Assembly: GCA_044376115.1 (NCBI GenBank)
Contig: JBILLK010000032.1
Location: 1-64,000 of the forward strand
From: Polyangiaceae bacterium
Lineage (GTDB): Bacteria > Myxococcota_A > Polyangia > Polyangiales > Polyangiaceae
Reading direction: 5' to 3'
Length of the DNA stretch: 64,000 bases
Numbering within the stretch: position 1 is the stretch's first letter; each line of letters starts with the position of its first letter. Under the pieces are notes generated by a model. That model ran no database searches and was not told where the DNA came from. It was given only the letters and a program-made list of their open reading frames with translations. Shown piece by piece: positions 24,967 through 35,506 of this stretch. The translations under genes were made by a program, and so were the position numbers.

Positions 24967-27504
24967 TCACGGACTCTTGAAGGCAAACGCGGCGGGCACG
25001 CCGAGCTCCAAATCGCCTTTCGGCGTGAAGATCTCGAGCAGCGCCCCGCGCCGATCGGCAGCGCCCAAACGCATCGTGCCGTCCGGCAGAATCAGGGTGA
25101 AGGCGGCCTCCGAGACCGGCTGCTCGGCGCCGTCCGGGACGACGAACACGAGCAGCGGGACGCGAGTGCCGTCATCGGCGAAGCGCCACGGCTCGCGTAG
25201 CGCGCGCTCGCAGGCGTTGCTCACGCGCGCGACCGTGTCTTCACGGCTGCATACGGCGAGCGCTGCACGTGCGCCTGCGTCCTGGCTCTGCGACATCAGC
25301 CGCACGAGCGCCATGCGCGCGAGCTCATCCGGCTCAGCAGGAAGCAGCGCCGCAAGTTCCTTCGGCTCGCAGCTGTGGCCAGCCAAGGTCAAGCCAGCCG
25401 CAGCGTTCGCTCGTACGTAGGCCGAGGCGTGTTTGAGCGCCGAACAGAGCGGCGCCGCGAGCGCTTTTTCGGCGCTACGCGCAGAGACGCGCCCGAGGCT
25501 CGCGGCTGCGTTGGAGGCGACGCTGACGTCGCGATCGGCGAGCAACGTGGTGAGCTCGGCCGTATCGGCTTTTGTGGCCACGAAGCCGAGCGACCAGGCC
25601 GCGTTGGCGCGCACCATCGACGAGGAGTCCACCGCGAGCTTTTTGAGCAGCGGCAAGCCGCGTTCGGCCTGGCCGGCGAGCACCTCGGCGAGCTTTTGAC
25701 GGTCGCCTTGCGCGCCGCCCTCGAGCTGGCTCAGTTCGCCCAGGCCGGCGGGATTGAGCCCCAAACCTTCGAAGATGGCGTCGCGAGCGCTGGCCGGCGC
25801 TTGCACGATCTTTTCGCGGGCGTCGCGCAGCGTAGCAGCGTCCTGCGTGCGGGAGAGCACGCCGGAGAGCGCGATGCCGACGGCCGCGCGATCTTCCTCG
25901 GCCGCGCGGATCAGACGGTCGATCAAGATCGGGGCGATCTCCCCTCGCCCAACCTTCTTGAGCGACTTGGCGGCGTCCATTCGCACGATGCCGAACTCAT
26001 CCGAGAGCGCCGCCAAGAGTGCATCGTCGATCGCTTTGGAGCCCTGGCCGAGCTCGCCCAAGGCCTGCACCGCCGAGCGGCGCACCGAGAGATTCTTCGC
26101 CGACGCCAGCGGTACGATGCGACCTTCAACGCGCGGAGAGCCTGATTTTCCGAGCAACTCGGTGAGCAGCAGACGCTCCTCCGGCGAGGTCCCGGCGGCG
26201 TCGAGCGACTGCAACGCCGGCTCCACCACGCGACCGTCTGCGCCGTGCTCGTCGAGGATGGCGATGGCGACGCGCAAAGCGCTCAGCCGCACCTCGAGGG
26301 AGCTCGCCTCGAGCGACTCGAGCACCGCCGGAAGGGCCGCGCTCGAAGGGAGCTGCTCGAGCGCTTTGAGCGTCTCCAAGCTGGGGACCACGCCGCGTCG
26401 CAACGAGGCGACCAAGATCGGTACGGCGGTGTTGTCGCCGATTTGGCCCAGCGCCTGCGTCGCCAGCACGCCGACGTTGGCGCTGGGGTTCGACTGCAAA
26501 ACCGCACCGATCGCTGGGACCGCGCTGGGGCCGACCGAAACCAAGGCGTCGCGCGCGGGCGAGCGACCTGTCTCGAGCCGGTCGAAACCGAGCGACTGAA
26601 CGATGCCCTGCAAGGCTTGTGGCGAGCCGATGCGGGCCAGAGATCGAAGGGCGGCGCGGCGCAGCGCGAGCACCGGCTCGGTGGCTGGGCCGCCACTCGC
26701 GCCGAGCCCTGCGGAGGCGGTGGCGAGCGGCAACAGCGCGGCGATCGAGTCATCGCCGCCAACTCGACCGAGCGCGAGCGCGGCCTCCACGCGCACGTCG
26801 GAAGAGCTATCGGAGAGCGCCAACATCAGCGCGCTCACCGACTTTGGATCGGCCAGCTCGCCGAGTGCTCGCGCGACGCGTTTACGCACCAGAGGGACAG
26901 CGTCCTGAATGCGCCCGACCAGCGGTAACACGGCGCGCCGATCACCAAGCCGGCCCAAGGCAGCGACGACCTCGGCGCGCACCTCGGGCCCCGGATCATC
27001 GAGGTGGCCGAGCAAGAGCGTTGCCGCCTCTTCACCGCTGGCGCGCGACAGCGCCAGCACGGCGGCCATCCGCACCTCTTCGGAGGAGTCCGAGAGCACG
27101 CGACCGAGCGCGGTAACGGCCTTTGCTGTGGGCGCCGAACGAATGGACTCGCACGCGGCGAGCCGCACACGGACGTCCGGGTCGATCAGCCAGTCGGCGA
27201 CGATATCGGTCGCCGCCGGCCACTTCAGCCGGCCGGCCGCGCGCGCAGCGGCGATACGCACGCCCGAATCTTCATCCGCGAGGGCCTTCAGCAGGAGAGG
27301 CTTGGCCAACGCCGCAGGCAGCGCACGAATCTGCTGAATGGCGAGTTCACGTTGTTCCGGATCGGCCGAGGCGAGCAGCTCAGCCGCTCGGTCGGGGGCG
27401 TCCGGCCAAACGAAGGCCCTGGCCTCCCGCGGCTGCGCCAGCGTGGCGCCAAGGACGAGCGAGCCAAAGAGCCAGGTACGGAGCAAAAACTTGCAGCGTT
27501 GCAC
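24967..27504 (-). CDS. Secreted HEAT-repeat protein
   Basis: Signal peptide (ARA-FVWP) and many D..xVRxxAAxALG repeats. Confidence 0.88.
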   Translation of the reverse strand: MQRCKFLLRTWLFGSLVLGATLAQPREARAFVWPDAPDRAAELLASADPEQRELAIQQIRALPAALAKPLLLKALADEDSGVRIAAARAAGRLKWPAATDIVADWLIDPDVRVRLAACESIRSAPTAKAVTALGRVLSDSSEEVRMAAVLALSRASGEEAATLLLGHLDDPGPEVRAEVVAALGRLGDRRAVLPLVGRIQDAVPLVRKRVARALGELADPKSVSALMLALSDSSSDVRVEAALALGRVGGDDSIAALLPLATASAGLGASGGPATEPVLALRRAALRSLARIGSPQALQGIVQSLGFDRLETGRSPARDALVSVGPSAVPAIGAVLQSNPSANVGVLATQALGQIGDNTAVPILVASLRRGVVPSLETLKALEQLPSSAALPAVLESLEASSLEVRLSALRVAIAILDEHGADGRVVEPALQSLDAAGTSPEERLLLTELLGKSGSPRVEGRIVPLASAKNLSVRRSAVQALGELGQGSKAIDDALLAALSDEFGIVRMDAAKSLKKVGRGEIAPILIDRLIRAAEEDRAAVGIALSGVLSRTQDAATLRDAREKIVQAPASARDAIFEGLGLNPAGLGELSQLEGGAQGDRQKLAEVLAGQAERGLPLLKKLAVDSSSMVRANAAWSLGFVATKADTAELTTLLADRDVSVASNAAASLGRVSARSAEKALAAPLCSALKHASAYVRANAAAGLTLAGHSCEPKELAALLPAEPDELARMALVRLMSQSQDAGARAALAVCSREDTVARVSNACERALREPWRFADDGTRVPLLVFVVPDGAEQPVSEAAFTLILPDGTMRLGAADRRGALLEIFTPKGDLELGVPAAFAFKSP

Positions 27505-27555
27505 GAGAGTTCAACGTAGCGGGAACACGGGGTTGCCGGTAGACGTCTCATCGAC

Positions 27556-28803
27556 ATGAAACGAACTTCGAGACCCACGGTTTTCCTGCTTGCTGCAAGC
27601 CTTGCCCTGGGTTGCGCCACGACCTCGAAGGGGACCGACCAGGAGGCCACCAGCGGCGCACGCCCGAGCCCGGCCTCGGCCCAAGGTACGGCGCCCGCTT
27701 CGCAGGCGAGCCAGTCGCCAGCCGCGAGCAGCGCGGATCCGCTGCCGAGCGCCTCGGCCCAGCGCACCAAAGAGAACGCCTCGCGCAAGTTCTCCGAGCT
27801 GGTGGACGGCCTCTCCGAGAAGGACGAGTACTTCTTCTCGGACAACCTGATCTCGAACGAGACCAGCTACATGCAGACGGCCTCGGCGCTCGACGCCCAC
27901 AAGGACCCGACCGGCGTGTATCTCGGCGTCGGGCCGGAGCAGAACTTCTCGTACATCGCGCTGACGAGGCCGTCGCTGGCCTTCATCGTCGACATTCGGC
28001 GCGCCAACATGCTGTTGCATCTTTTGTATCGCGCGGCCTTCGAGCAGGCCGGCTCGCGCGCCGAGTTCGTCTCGGTGCTGCTCGGCCACACCTTTGACCC
28101 GGCGCAGAAGGAGGCGACCAGCGACGGTGTTGCACGCGTGCTCGAGCTGGGAGCGAAGGGTGCGGCCTCCGAGGACAGCTTCAAGGCCGCACACCTCGCC
28201 TTGATGACGCGCGTCGAGAGCTACGGCGTGAGCCTCTCCACCGCCGACAAAGAGACACTCAAGAAGACGCATCGCGCCTTCTACGAGGACCAACTCGCGC
28301 TTCGTTTCGAGTTGAAGGAGAAGAACGGTCGCAGCTACCCGACGCTCAAAGAGCTGTTCACCACCACCAGCCCGGACGGCAAACTTGGCGGCTTCTTGGC
28401 GACCGAGGAGTCCTTCCAGTTCCTCAAGTCGATGCAGACGCAAGGTCGCATCGTCCCGCTCGTCGGCGACTTCGCCGGGGACAAGGCGTTGCCCGAGCTC
28501 GCCGCTTACTTGAAGGCAGAGGCCAAGACGGTCCACACCTTCTACGTCTCCAACGTCGAGCAATACCTGCTCGAGCCGAAGGTTTGGAAGAACTGGGTGC
28601 GCAACGTAAAGGCGCTACCGAAGGACGATAGCAGCCTGTTCGTGCGGGCTTACTTGGACCAGGGCCGCAAGCACCCGAAGCAGATGAAGGGCCACCGCAC
28701 GGCCACGGTGCACAGCAAGATGGTGGACTTCGAAACCGGCTTTGGCGACAAATCGACGACCACCTTCTGGGCGCTGTGCACCGAAAAGATGGTCGCTCCC
28801 TGA
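27556..28803 (+). CDS. Conserved hypothetical lipoprotein
   Basis: Lipobox ALGC; SDNLISNE, GVGPEQNFSYI, VGDFAG, FYVSNVEQYL. Confidence 0.75.
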   Translation: MKRTSRPTVFLLAASLALGCATTSKGTDQEATSGARPSPASAQGTAPASQASQSPAASSADPLPSASAQRTKENASRKFSELVDGLSEKDEYFFSDNLISNETSYMQTASALDAHKDPTGVYLGVGPEQNFSYIALTRPSLAFIVDIRRANMLLHLLYRAAFEQAGSRAEFVSVLLGHTFDPAQKEATSDGVARVLELGAKGAASEDSFKAAHLALMTRVESYGVSLSTADKETLKKTHRAFYEDQLALRFELKEKNGRSYPTLKELFTTTSPDGKLGGFLATEESFQFLKSMQTQGRIVPLVGDFAGDKALPELAAYLKAEAKTVHTFYVSNVEQYLLEPKVWKNWVRNVKALPKDDSSLFVRAYLDQGRKHPKQMKGHRTATVHSKMVDFETGFGDKSTTTFWALCTEKMVAP

Positions 28804-28821
28804 GCTAGTGAAGGCGCTGCA

Positions 28822-29913
28822 CTAGGCGCGCGGGGGCGCGTAGAAGTCCACCACCGGCACCGGCTCGTGGAGGCGCGCCACGACCTGGGTGCGCGCGCCC
28901 TGGATATCGCCGCCGATTTGAAAGTTGGTCGCGGGGTCCATTTGGATCTCCACCGCGTCGACGAAGAAGTCGAAGAGCACCTCGGGGTTCTGATACTCGC
29001 CGCGCCAAATCGCCGGGAAGTTCTTGACGAAGAGCACGCTGGAGATGGTGGAGACGCGCAGCTGCATCTTCCCTTCGCGCTCTCCGGCCCACGGAAACAT
29101 GCGAAAACCGAAACCGTAATACGGGATGGTCGAGAGGCAGGCGATGGTCGCCGGGCCCTCGTACATGACCTCCCCGTTGGCGAAGGAGCCCGGCCTCACG
29201 CGGCCTGCGTCCCCGATGCGGAAGGCCTCACCACCGCGGTTGATGATGCGGCAATGGGGTGCGCTCTTGAGCAAGTAGGACGGGATGGTGCGCGTCGTTG
29301 CGGCGATGGCGTAGGAGACGATGCCGGGCGCGATGCGAGCGAAAGGCCCTTTCGCCAAAAGGCCTTTGGTGACGCCGTAGTCGTGGAGCACGTTGGCATC
29401 GATGCCGAAGCCGCAGAACGGCGAGAGCGTGTTCTCCACCTCGACCAGGGGCAGCGGCCGGCTGCCGGCGTCGCTCTTCAAGCGCGCGAGATCTGCCGAG
29501 AGTGCGCCGGCCGCACGTTTGCCGCCGCCGGTTTTGCTGGCGCCGACGACCCAGGCCAGGCTGTTGCCGGTGCCGAGCCGCAATAGCCCAAAGCGCGGGT
29601 ACGGGATGCCGCGAGCCTTCGCCTCGCGCACCACGGCGGTGACCACCACCGTGAAGGTGCCATCGCCGCCGCCGGTGAGGATCGTGTCGTAGCCGCGATC
29701 TAGAAGGGTTTTCGCGATGCTGGCGCTGTCTTCGATACGCCTCGAGACGTACAGATCGCCGCTGTCGAGGATCTCGTCCAAGGTCGCGATCACCTCGCCG
29801 GTCACGCTCTTGGCGTTGCCGTTGACGACGACAGCGACTTTGCTGGCGTTTGCAGGAGGCACCCCGGTTGCTCGTTTGGCGCCGTTTTCCTGAGGTTCAC
29901 GAAGGGAATCCAT
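28822..29913 (-). CDS. Diacylglycerol/lipid kinase family protein
   Basis: VVVNGNA, GGGDGT, LGTGN, GIDA, FQIGGD. Confidence 0.88.
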   Translation of the reverse strand: MDSLREPQENGAKRATGVPPANASKVAVVVNGNAKSVTGEVIATLDEILDSGDLYVSRRIEDSASIAKTLLDRGYDTILTGGGDGTFTVVVTAVVREAKARGIPYPRFGLLRLGTGNSLAWVVGASKTGGGKRAAGALSADLARLKSDAGSRPLPLVEVENTLSPFCGFGIDANVLHDYGVTKGLLAKGPFARIAPGIVSYAIAATTRTIPSYLLKSAPHCRIINRGGEAFRIGDAGRVRPGSFANGEVMYEGPATIACLSTIPYYGFGFRMFPWAGEREGKMQLRVSTISSVLFVKNFPAIWRGEYQNPEVLFDFFVDAVEIQMDPATNFQIGGDIQGARTQVVARLHEPVPVVDFYAPPRA

Positions 29914-30058
29914 GGCTGCAGCCTAGTCGAAGCGCAGCTCTTTCACATGAATGCGAAATGGGATTTCCGTCCTATGCATTTCTTTGCTAAGCGAGGCCAG
30001 GGTCGGCCCGTGGGAGCGGGGCGCCAACGAAACCCGCGAGAGCGAGCACCGGATAGAC

Positions 30059-30736
30059 ATGGCCAAGGCAAAAACTGCAAAACCCGCTAAAAAAGCGTCT
30101 CCGGCTGCACCCAAGGCTGCAGCGAAGAGTGCCGGCAAGGCTAAGAAGGGCGACGCGGACTCCAAGCGGGCCGCAGACAAGAAGGGGGATGACGCCAAGG
30201 CCCCCTTGAACCCCAAGCGCAAGCTTGGGCTTCGCGGTGCAGCACCGTGGGCTGCACGTCACGCGGCAAAACACGCAGCCGAGGCTCGTGCCAGAGCAGC
30301 TGAGCCGGCCCCCCCGGGCAGCGCCCGCGCCACCATTCGGACGCCCAACGGCGCCGAGGAGATCAAGCAGAAGATCGCTGACCTCCACAACCAGACGCAG
30401 AAGATCCGCGCGCTCCGCAAGCGCATGGATAAAGGCTTTTACGAAATTGGCCAGGTGCTCGGAGACATCCAAGCCCGCGAGCTGTTCATCTCCAAGGGCT
30501 TCGGCTCCTTTGAGGCGTTCCTCGAGCGGGAGATCGATCTCGGCAAGCTCACCTGCTTCAAGCTGATGAAGGTCCCTTCGATCTTCCAGAAAGAAGCAGC
30601 GCTCGACTTCGGAATGGACCGCGTTTTCTCGGCCATCTCCGCGCTCGAGGGCGAGCTGATCCCGAAGGCGATTCCGTCGGCACCGGGCTCCAAGCCGGGC
30701 CTGCCGATGAAGCCGCCGTCGCGTCTCGTCGGATAA
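30059..30736 (+). CDS. Hypothetical protein with Lys/Ala-rich N-terminus and a putative DNA-binding helical domain
   Basis: MAKAKTAKPAKKA...; FYEIGQVL...GFGSFEAFLERE resembles DUF3102-like segments. Confidence 0.65.
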   Translation: MAKAKTAKPAKKASPAAPKAAAKSAGKAKKGDADSKRAADKKGDDAKAPLNPKRKLGLRGAAPWAARHAAKHAAEARARAAEPAPPGSARATIRTPNGAEEIKQKIADLHNQTQKIRALRKRMDKGFYEIGQVLGDIQARELFISKGFGSFEAFLEREIDLGKLTCFKLMKVPSIFQKEAALDFGMDRVFSAISALEGELIPKAIPSAPGSKPGLPMKPPSRLVG

Positions 30737-30847
30737 CGCCGAACGTCGGTTCGCCGGCGATCACCACGAGCTTTCTGCCCCCGGCAGAAGGCTCGTTGGC
30801 GTTTTGTAGGCATGCGGTCGGGCGCGCGGCCGTCATGCACTCGGCGG

Positions 30848-33800
30848 CTACGGCGCGCACAGCTCGTCGGGCGCGAACGGGCTTTCCTCGAGCGTGCCGG
30901 TGAGAGCGACCACGCGCATGGTCGAGCGACAGACCCGCAGGTTGGAGCGGAAGGCGGTCTGCTCGAGCAAGCCGGCGGGCGTTACCAGCGGCAGCTCGCT
31001 GCGCACCACGGCGCGATCGACGGCGGCGGTGAACACCGCGTTTGAGTTGGGCAGCGGCTGGAGCAGCAGCGAGCCGCGATCAAACGGATGCACGCTGCGC
31101 GGCGGGGAGGCCAAATCCTGCCATACGGTGAGAGCGCCGCTGTTGCCGCTGACGAAGAGCCGTCGCCCATCGTCAGCGAAGGCCACATCGAGCGCGCTCT
31201 CGGCTCCCTCCAATAGCAGCAGGCTGTTCTGTTCGAGATCGAAGACGCGCACGGCGCCCGAACCGGCCTGGCTCGTCGCTACCGCCAGCAGCTTCGAGTC
31301 GGGCGAAAAGGCGAGACCGCTCGGGGAAAGATCCGACTGTGGAGCGTGAAGGATCGGCGCAAAGTCGCTGGTTCGGAACACGCTCACGCTCTCTTGATCG
31401 GCCACGGCGAAGAGCTCGCCGTTCGGCGAAAAGGCGAACTCGAGGTTGAACAGCTTTGCGTCGATGGCGAACAGCTCGGCCCCATCGTCGAAGCGATTCA
31501 CCCGCAACGCCGCCTCCCCCGACGACGCGATCAGAAGGCCGTCCCGCGAGAGCTCGACCCGCACGACAGCACCACCGTCATGCGCGGGAACCACGGTCAG
31601 CGGCTGCGTCCACTCAAACAGCTGCAGCTGGCCCCGCTGATCACCGATCGCGACGCGCTTGCAGTCGGGCGTCGCGCCGACCGACCGCGGCTCACCGTCG
31701 AGCTCGATCCCCTTCTGCTCGGAGTCGCTAAGGAAGGCGACGCCACGGTGACCGGCCATCACCGCCCGCGTGCCATCCTCGGAGATCGCCGCGTCCATCG
31801 TCATTCCGCGCAGCACCTGCTGCACCGGCGCTGCGGCGCTCTCCCCGGAGAGACGCTGCAGCAGAACCTGCGACGAGTTGAGGCTCGATACGGCGTGCAC
31901 GAGGCGCTCACCGTTCTGCGAAAGCGCAAGGTGGTTGCTCTGGGGTCGCAGCGACAGCGGCTCGACCGCGAACGGACGCTCCGCAACGGCGAGGCGAACC
32001 TTCTTGTCCCAGCCGACGCTGAGCAGCGAGCCCGCGTACACGGCGACAGCGGTGATCTCGCCTTCATGCCCCGTGCGCGTCTCGAGTCGGACGCCGCTGG
32101 CCACATCGTAGAGATCGGCGTTCAACGAATCGCGCACCAGCGCGAGCCTGCCGTCGGCGACGTCGAAGTGTGGCCGGCCCTTGCCGACCTCGAGCGCGAG
32201 GTTCCGCTTGTCGGCCAGGTCGTAGATGCTGAGCTTTCCTTCGGCAGAGGCGATCACGTGCGCTTCGTCGGCCCAGCGCAGCTCGGCGATCTTCTGTTTG
32301 CCGAGGGAGAACTTGAAGAGCTCGCGACCGGTCGCAAGCTCGAAGCCCTCGACGTAGCCATCCGCGGTGCCGCGAGCGAAGGCTTTGCCCTCGGGCGATA
32401 GAGCGGTGGCGGTGATATCCCCGCGCGCGGCGGGCACCATCAGGCGTTTGGCCCCATCGCGTAACCAGCTCGCGTTTTTGCTCGAGAGCGCCATTACGCC
32501 TGCAGGTCCGAACTCAACGAACTGGAGCTCGCTGGTTCCCGACCACACGCTCTGCTCGCGCGCAGAGGTGGAGTATTCGATCAGGTCGCCCTCGCTCGGT
32601 AGCAGGAAGAGCGAAGTCCCGTCCTGATTGAAGCGGAGCGCCGTCGCGATACCGAGCGCCTCGCTCTCTTCGCGCACGAGCTCGAGCGAAGGCAAGGCAT
32701 ACAGCCGCAGATAGAACTTCGAGCTGCGGTTGTCGGAGGCCGCCGTGGCCAGTAGACGCTGGTCCGGCGAGACGGCGATCTTCCACACCAGCCCGCGGTG
32801 CGGCAAGCGATGCAGGATCTTCCCGCTGGCCGCCTCAAACACGAACACGTCTTCATCGGAGCCGGCCGCGACGATCAGCCCGTGCAATTCGGAGCCTGCG
32901 ACGTGGAACATCGGGCGGGCCGGCCCCTCCATCACCCGCGCTCCAGCGCCGCCGGTATCGAGGCGCGCGAGCTCGAGCAGCTCCTTGTCGGAGTTCGAGC
33001 GAGCGGCCTCCTGCGAGAGCGAAAGCGCCGCTCGATAGAGGGCGTAGGCGTCGTCGCTCAGGCCCTTGTTCTCGGCGCCGCGGGCCTCGGCCACCAGCGC
33101 ACGTTGCTCGGCGAGTAGCTTCTCCCGACTGGCCTCGCGCCGGCGGCTCTCCGCCTCGGCGGTGGCGGCGGTCGCGCGCTGCCATTGGACGAACATGAAG
33201 CCGGCGAAGACCGCCAAGCTGATGAAGGCCGCTGCGAGCAGGCCGTTGCGGACGCGCTTTTCACGCACCGCGGCGCGCTGACACTCGCTGGCGAAGGCCT
33301 GCTCGGCTTCCGCCAACGGCTCGCGCGCTCGGCGCAAAAACAGCGAGAGTTCGCTTAGCAGCTCTCCGCGCCAAAGCAGTCCGCGCGGCCGCGAGCGCGA
33401 CTCCCACTCGCGCGCCGCCTGGCGCAGCGCATAACGAAGCCGCTGGCCTTGTTCGTCTTCGGAGAGCCAGCCGGCGAGCCTGGCCCAATGTTGAATCAAC
33501 GCCTCGTGCACCAGCTCCACGGTGCTCTCACCGCTGGCGTCCTCGGTCATCGTCAACAGCCGCGCTGCCACCAAACGATCGAGCACACGCTGCGTCTCGG
33601 CGGCCTCGCGCGCGGCCGAGAGCAGCTCGGTCAACGGTACGATCGCCCGCGTCTTTTCGCCGGTGACCAGCCGCAACAGCAAGCTGCGACACGCCGTTTG
33701 CTCGGCTGCTGAGAGCACCGTGAAGACGTTGTCGGCGTGCGAGGCCAACGCGCCGAGCGCTCCGCCCAACGCCTCGTAGGCCGCGCGCGTCAGCCGCTTC

Positions 33801-35506
33801 CAACGTCGGTCGCGCGCCTCCCACAGCCGATCGGCCGTGAACGAGAGCAGCGCCAGCGCCGCGTTGGCGTTCTCCACCGCCTCGATGATCGCGGTGGCTA
33901 GCTCTTCGTCCTCGAAGCTGTAACCGAAGGCTTTGGCCGGCCCGATCAGGATGCGAAAGAGCGCCTCACGATCCGGCGTGGTGACGATCTCGATGGTCTG
34001 GCTGAAGACACCGAAAAGCGCCGGGATGGTCGCGAGCCGCGCGAAGAAGTCCTCACGCACGCTGACCACCACGCGCGTGCGACCCTCCGGCTGGCCGAGC
34101 ACCCGCAACAGGCGCCCCACAGCGTCGCGCTCGGCGTTGTCGCTGCTGACGGTAAGCAGCTCTTCGGCCTGATCCATCACCAACACGAAAAGCTCGGCGT
34201 TCGCTCGCGTGAGGTCCTCGATGTGGAGCCGCAGCGCCTTGGGATCGCTCGCCAGCGCTTCGATCTCCTCGCGCGGACGCTCCAGCGCCTCAGCGATGCG
34301 GCTGACGAGCGAGGCCAGCGGATGAGCTCCGGGCCGCACGAACACCACCATCACCTCTTTGAGCAGCGGCAGCGCGCCGGCGCGCAGCAACGAGGTCTTC
34401 CCGCTCCCACTCGCGCCGGTCAGCGTGACGAAGCCGCAGCGTCGAATGCGGTTGGCCAGCGACTCGGCTTGGTCTTCACGACCGAAGAACAACGCCGCTT
34501 CACTCGGACCAAACGACGAGAGCCCGCGATACGGCCGCTGCGGTGCGTTCACCCCGCCGCCCGCCTCGCTCTCCGGCGCCGGCTCTTCGTCGGAGAGCAC
34601 CGCGTCCAGGCTGGCCCACGCGGCCGACTCACGGTGCTCGACCATGGTCGGAAAGCAGACGTAGAGCGCGCCGCGTTTGGCCGGACCATCGAGGATGAAC
34701 AGCCGATCCTCATGCCCCGACTTCTTATCGATCACGACCGGCGCCAGCGCCAAAAGCGGTTGGCCGTCAGCGCTCAGCAACAGCGGTTGGTTGGCTTCTT
34801 GCGCCTGCGCGACGGCCAAGTCGATGCGCCGAAAACGACCGCTCGTCGGCGTAGGCCCAACGAATAGCGAGGCCGGTTGCAACGGCGTTTCTTCACGCGA
34901 CCATTCGCGCGGGACCACCAGCCGCAGCTCCGACCAGAGCGGCTGCAAGAGCTCGAGCGTGCGCCCGAGTTGGGGCACGCGCTTCGACAAGATTTGTTGC
35001 AACGCCTCGCGCGTGCCCGTCGCTCCGTGCGCCACCGTCTCGCTCTTGCGCATCACCAAGAGTTCGTCCCACAGCTTGAGTAGCTCGCTCTTGCGTGCGT
35101 GCACCAAGCGCACGAGCAGCGGCAGCGGATGCGCGTCGGCGCTGTTCTGCCAAGGCCGGAGCAGCTCGCGAATCAGCGCCACCCATTGCCCGTCGGTGAG
35201 GCCGCGGCCCCGCAGTTGACGCAAGAGTTCAGGCACCTGAGCCGACTCCGCCTCCGGCCCAACGCCAAACTGCAAGCGCGCCGCGAGCACCAGCGCCGCG
35301 ATCAAACGCAGCTGCGCGCGGAACACCTCGACCACGCGATCGCGCTGCTCGAAACGACTCTCAGCGCCGACCAACGCCAGCAGCGAATCGGCGAGCGGCG
35401 TGGGACTCGAGGCCAGGGCGCGATCCACCAGCGCGCTGTTGAGGCCCGCAGCGCTGCCCGCCGTGGGACCGCCGGCTCCACCGTCGCTCGGCTGCGCTGC
35501 GCTCAC
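30848..35506 (-). CDS. nSTAND1 NTPase with TM helix and C-terminal WD40 propellers; N-terminal HEPN-like domain
   Basis: PYRGL..F...FFGR, GASGSGKTS, LVMDQAEE, VELVHEALI..W, TM helix, WD40 repeats (FSPNG, FSPDS). Confidence 0.88.
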   Translation of the reverse strand: MSAAQPSDGGAGGPTAGSAAGLNSALVDRALASSPTPLADSLLALVGAESRFEQRDRVVEVFRAQLRLIAALVLAARLQFGVGPEAESAQVPELLRQLRGRGLTDGQWVALIRELLRPWQNSADAHPLPLLVRLVHARKSELLKLWDELLVMRKSETVAHGATGTREALQQILSKRVPQLGRTLELLQPLWSELRLVVPREWSREETPLQPASLFVGPTPTSGRFRRIDLAVAQAQEANQPLLLSADGQPLLALAPVVIDKKSGHEDRLFILDGPAKRGALYVCFPTMVEHRESAAWASLDAVLSDEEPAPESEAGGGVNAPQRPYRGLSSFGPSEAALFFGREDQAESLANRIRRCGFVTLTGASGSGKTSLLRAGALPLLKEVMVVFVRPGAHPLASLVSRIAEALERPREEIEALASDPKALRLHIEDLTRANAELFVLVMDQAEELLTVSSDNAERDAVGRLLRVLGQPEGRTRVVVSVREDFFARLATIPALFGVFSQTIEIVTTPDREALFRILIGPAKAFGYSFEDEELATAIIEAVENANAALALLSFTADRLWEARDRRWKRLTRAAYEALGGALGALASHADNVFTVLSAAEQTACRSLLLRLVTGEKTRAIVPLTELLSAAREAAETQRVLDRLVAARLLTMTEDASGESTVELVHEALIQHWARLAGWLSEDEQGQRLRYALRQAAREWESRSRPRGLLWRGELLSELSLFLRRAREPLAEAEQAFASECQRAAVREKRVRNGLLAAAFISLAVFAGFMFVQWQRATAATAEAESRRREASREKLLAEQRALVAEARGAENKGLSDDAYALYRAALSLSQEAARSNSDKELLELARLDTGGAGARVMEGPARPMFHVAGSELHGLIVAAGSDEDVFVFEAASGKILHRLPHRGLVWKIAVSPDQRLLATAASDNRSSKFYLRLYALPSLELVREESEALGIATALRFNQDGTSLFLLPSEGDLIEYSTSAREQSVWSGTSELQFVEFGPAGVMALSSKNASWLRDGAKRLMVPAARGDITATALSPEGKAFARGTADGYVEGFELATGRELFKFSLGKQKIAELRWADEAHVIASAEGKLSIYDLADKRNLALEVGKGRPHFDVADGRLALVRDSLNADLYDVASGVRLETRTGHEGEITAVAVYAGSLLSVGWDKKVRLAVAERPFAVEPLSLRPQSNHLALSQNGERLVHAVSSLNSSQVLLQRLSGESAAAPVQQVLRGMTMDAAISEDGTRAVMAGHRGVAFLSDSEQKGIELDGEPRSVGATPDCKRVAIGDQRGQLQLFEWTQPLTVVPAHDGGAVVRVELSRDGLLIASSGEAALRVNRFDDGAELFAIDAKLFNLEFAFSPNGELFAVADQESVSVFRTSDFAPILHAPQSDLSPSGLAFSPDSKLLAVATSQAGSGAVRVFDLEQNSLLLLEGAESALDVAFADDGRRLFVSGNSGALTVWQDLASPPRSVHPFDRGSLLLQPLPNSNAVFTAAVDRAVVRSELPLVTPAGLLEQTAFRSNLRVCRSTMRVVALTGTLEESPFAPDELCAP

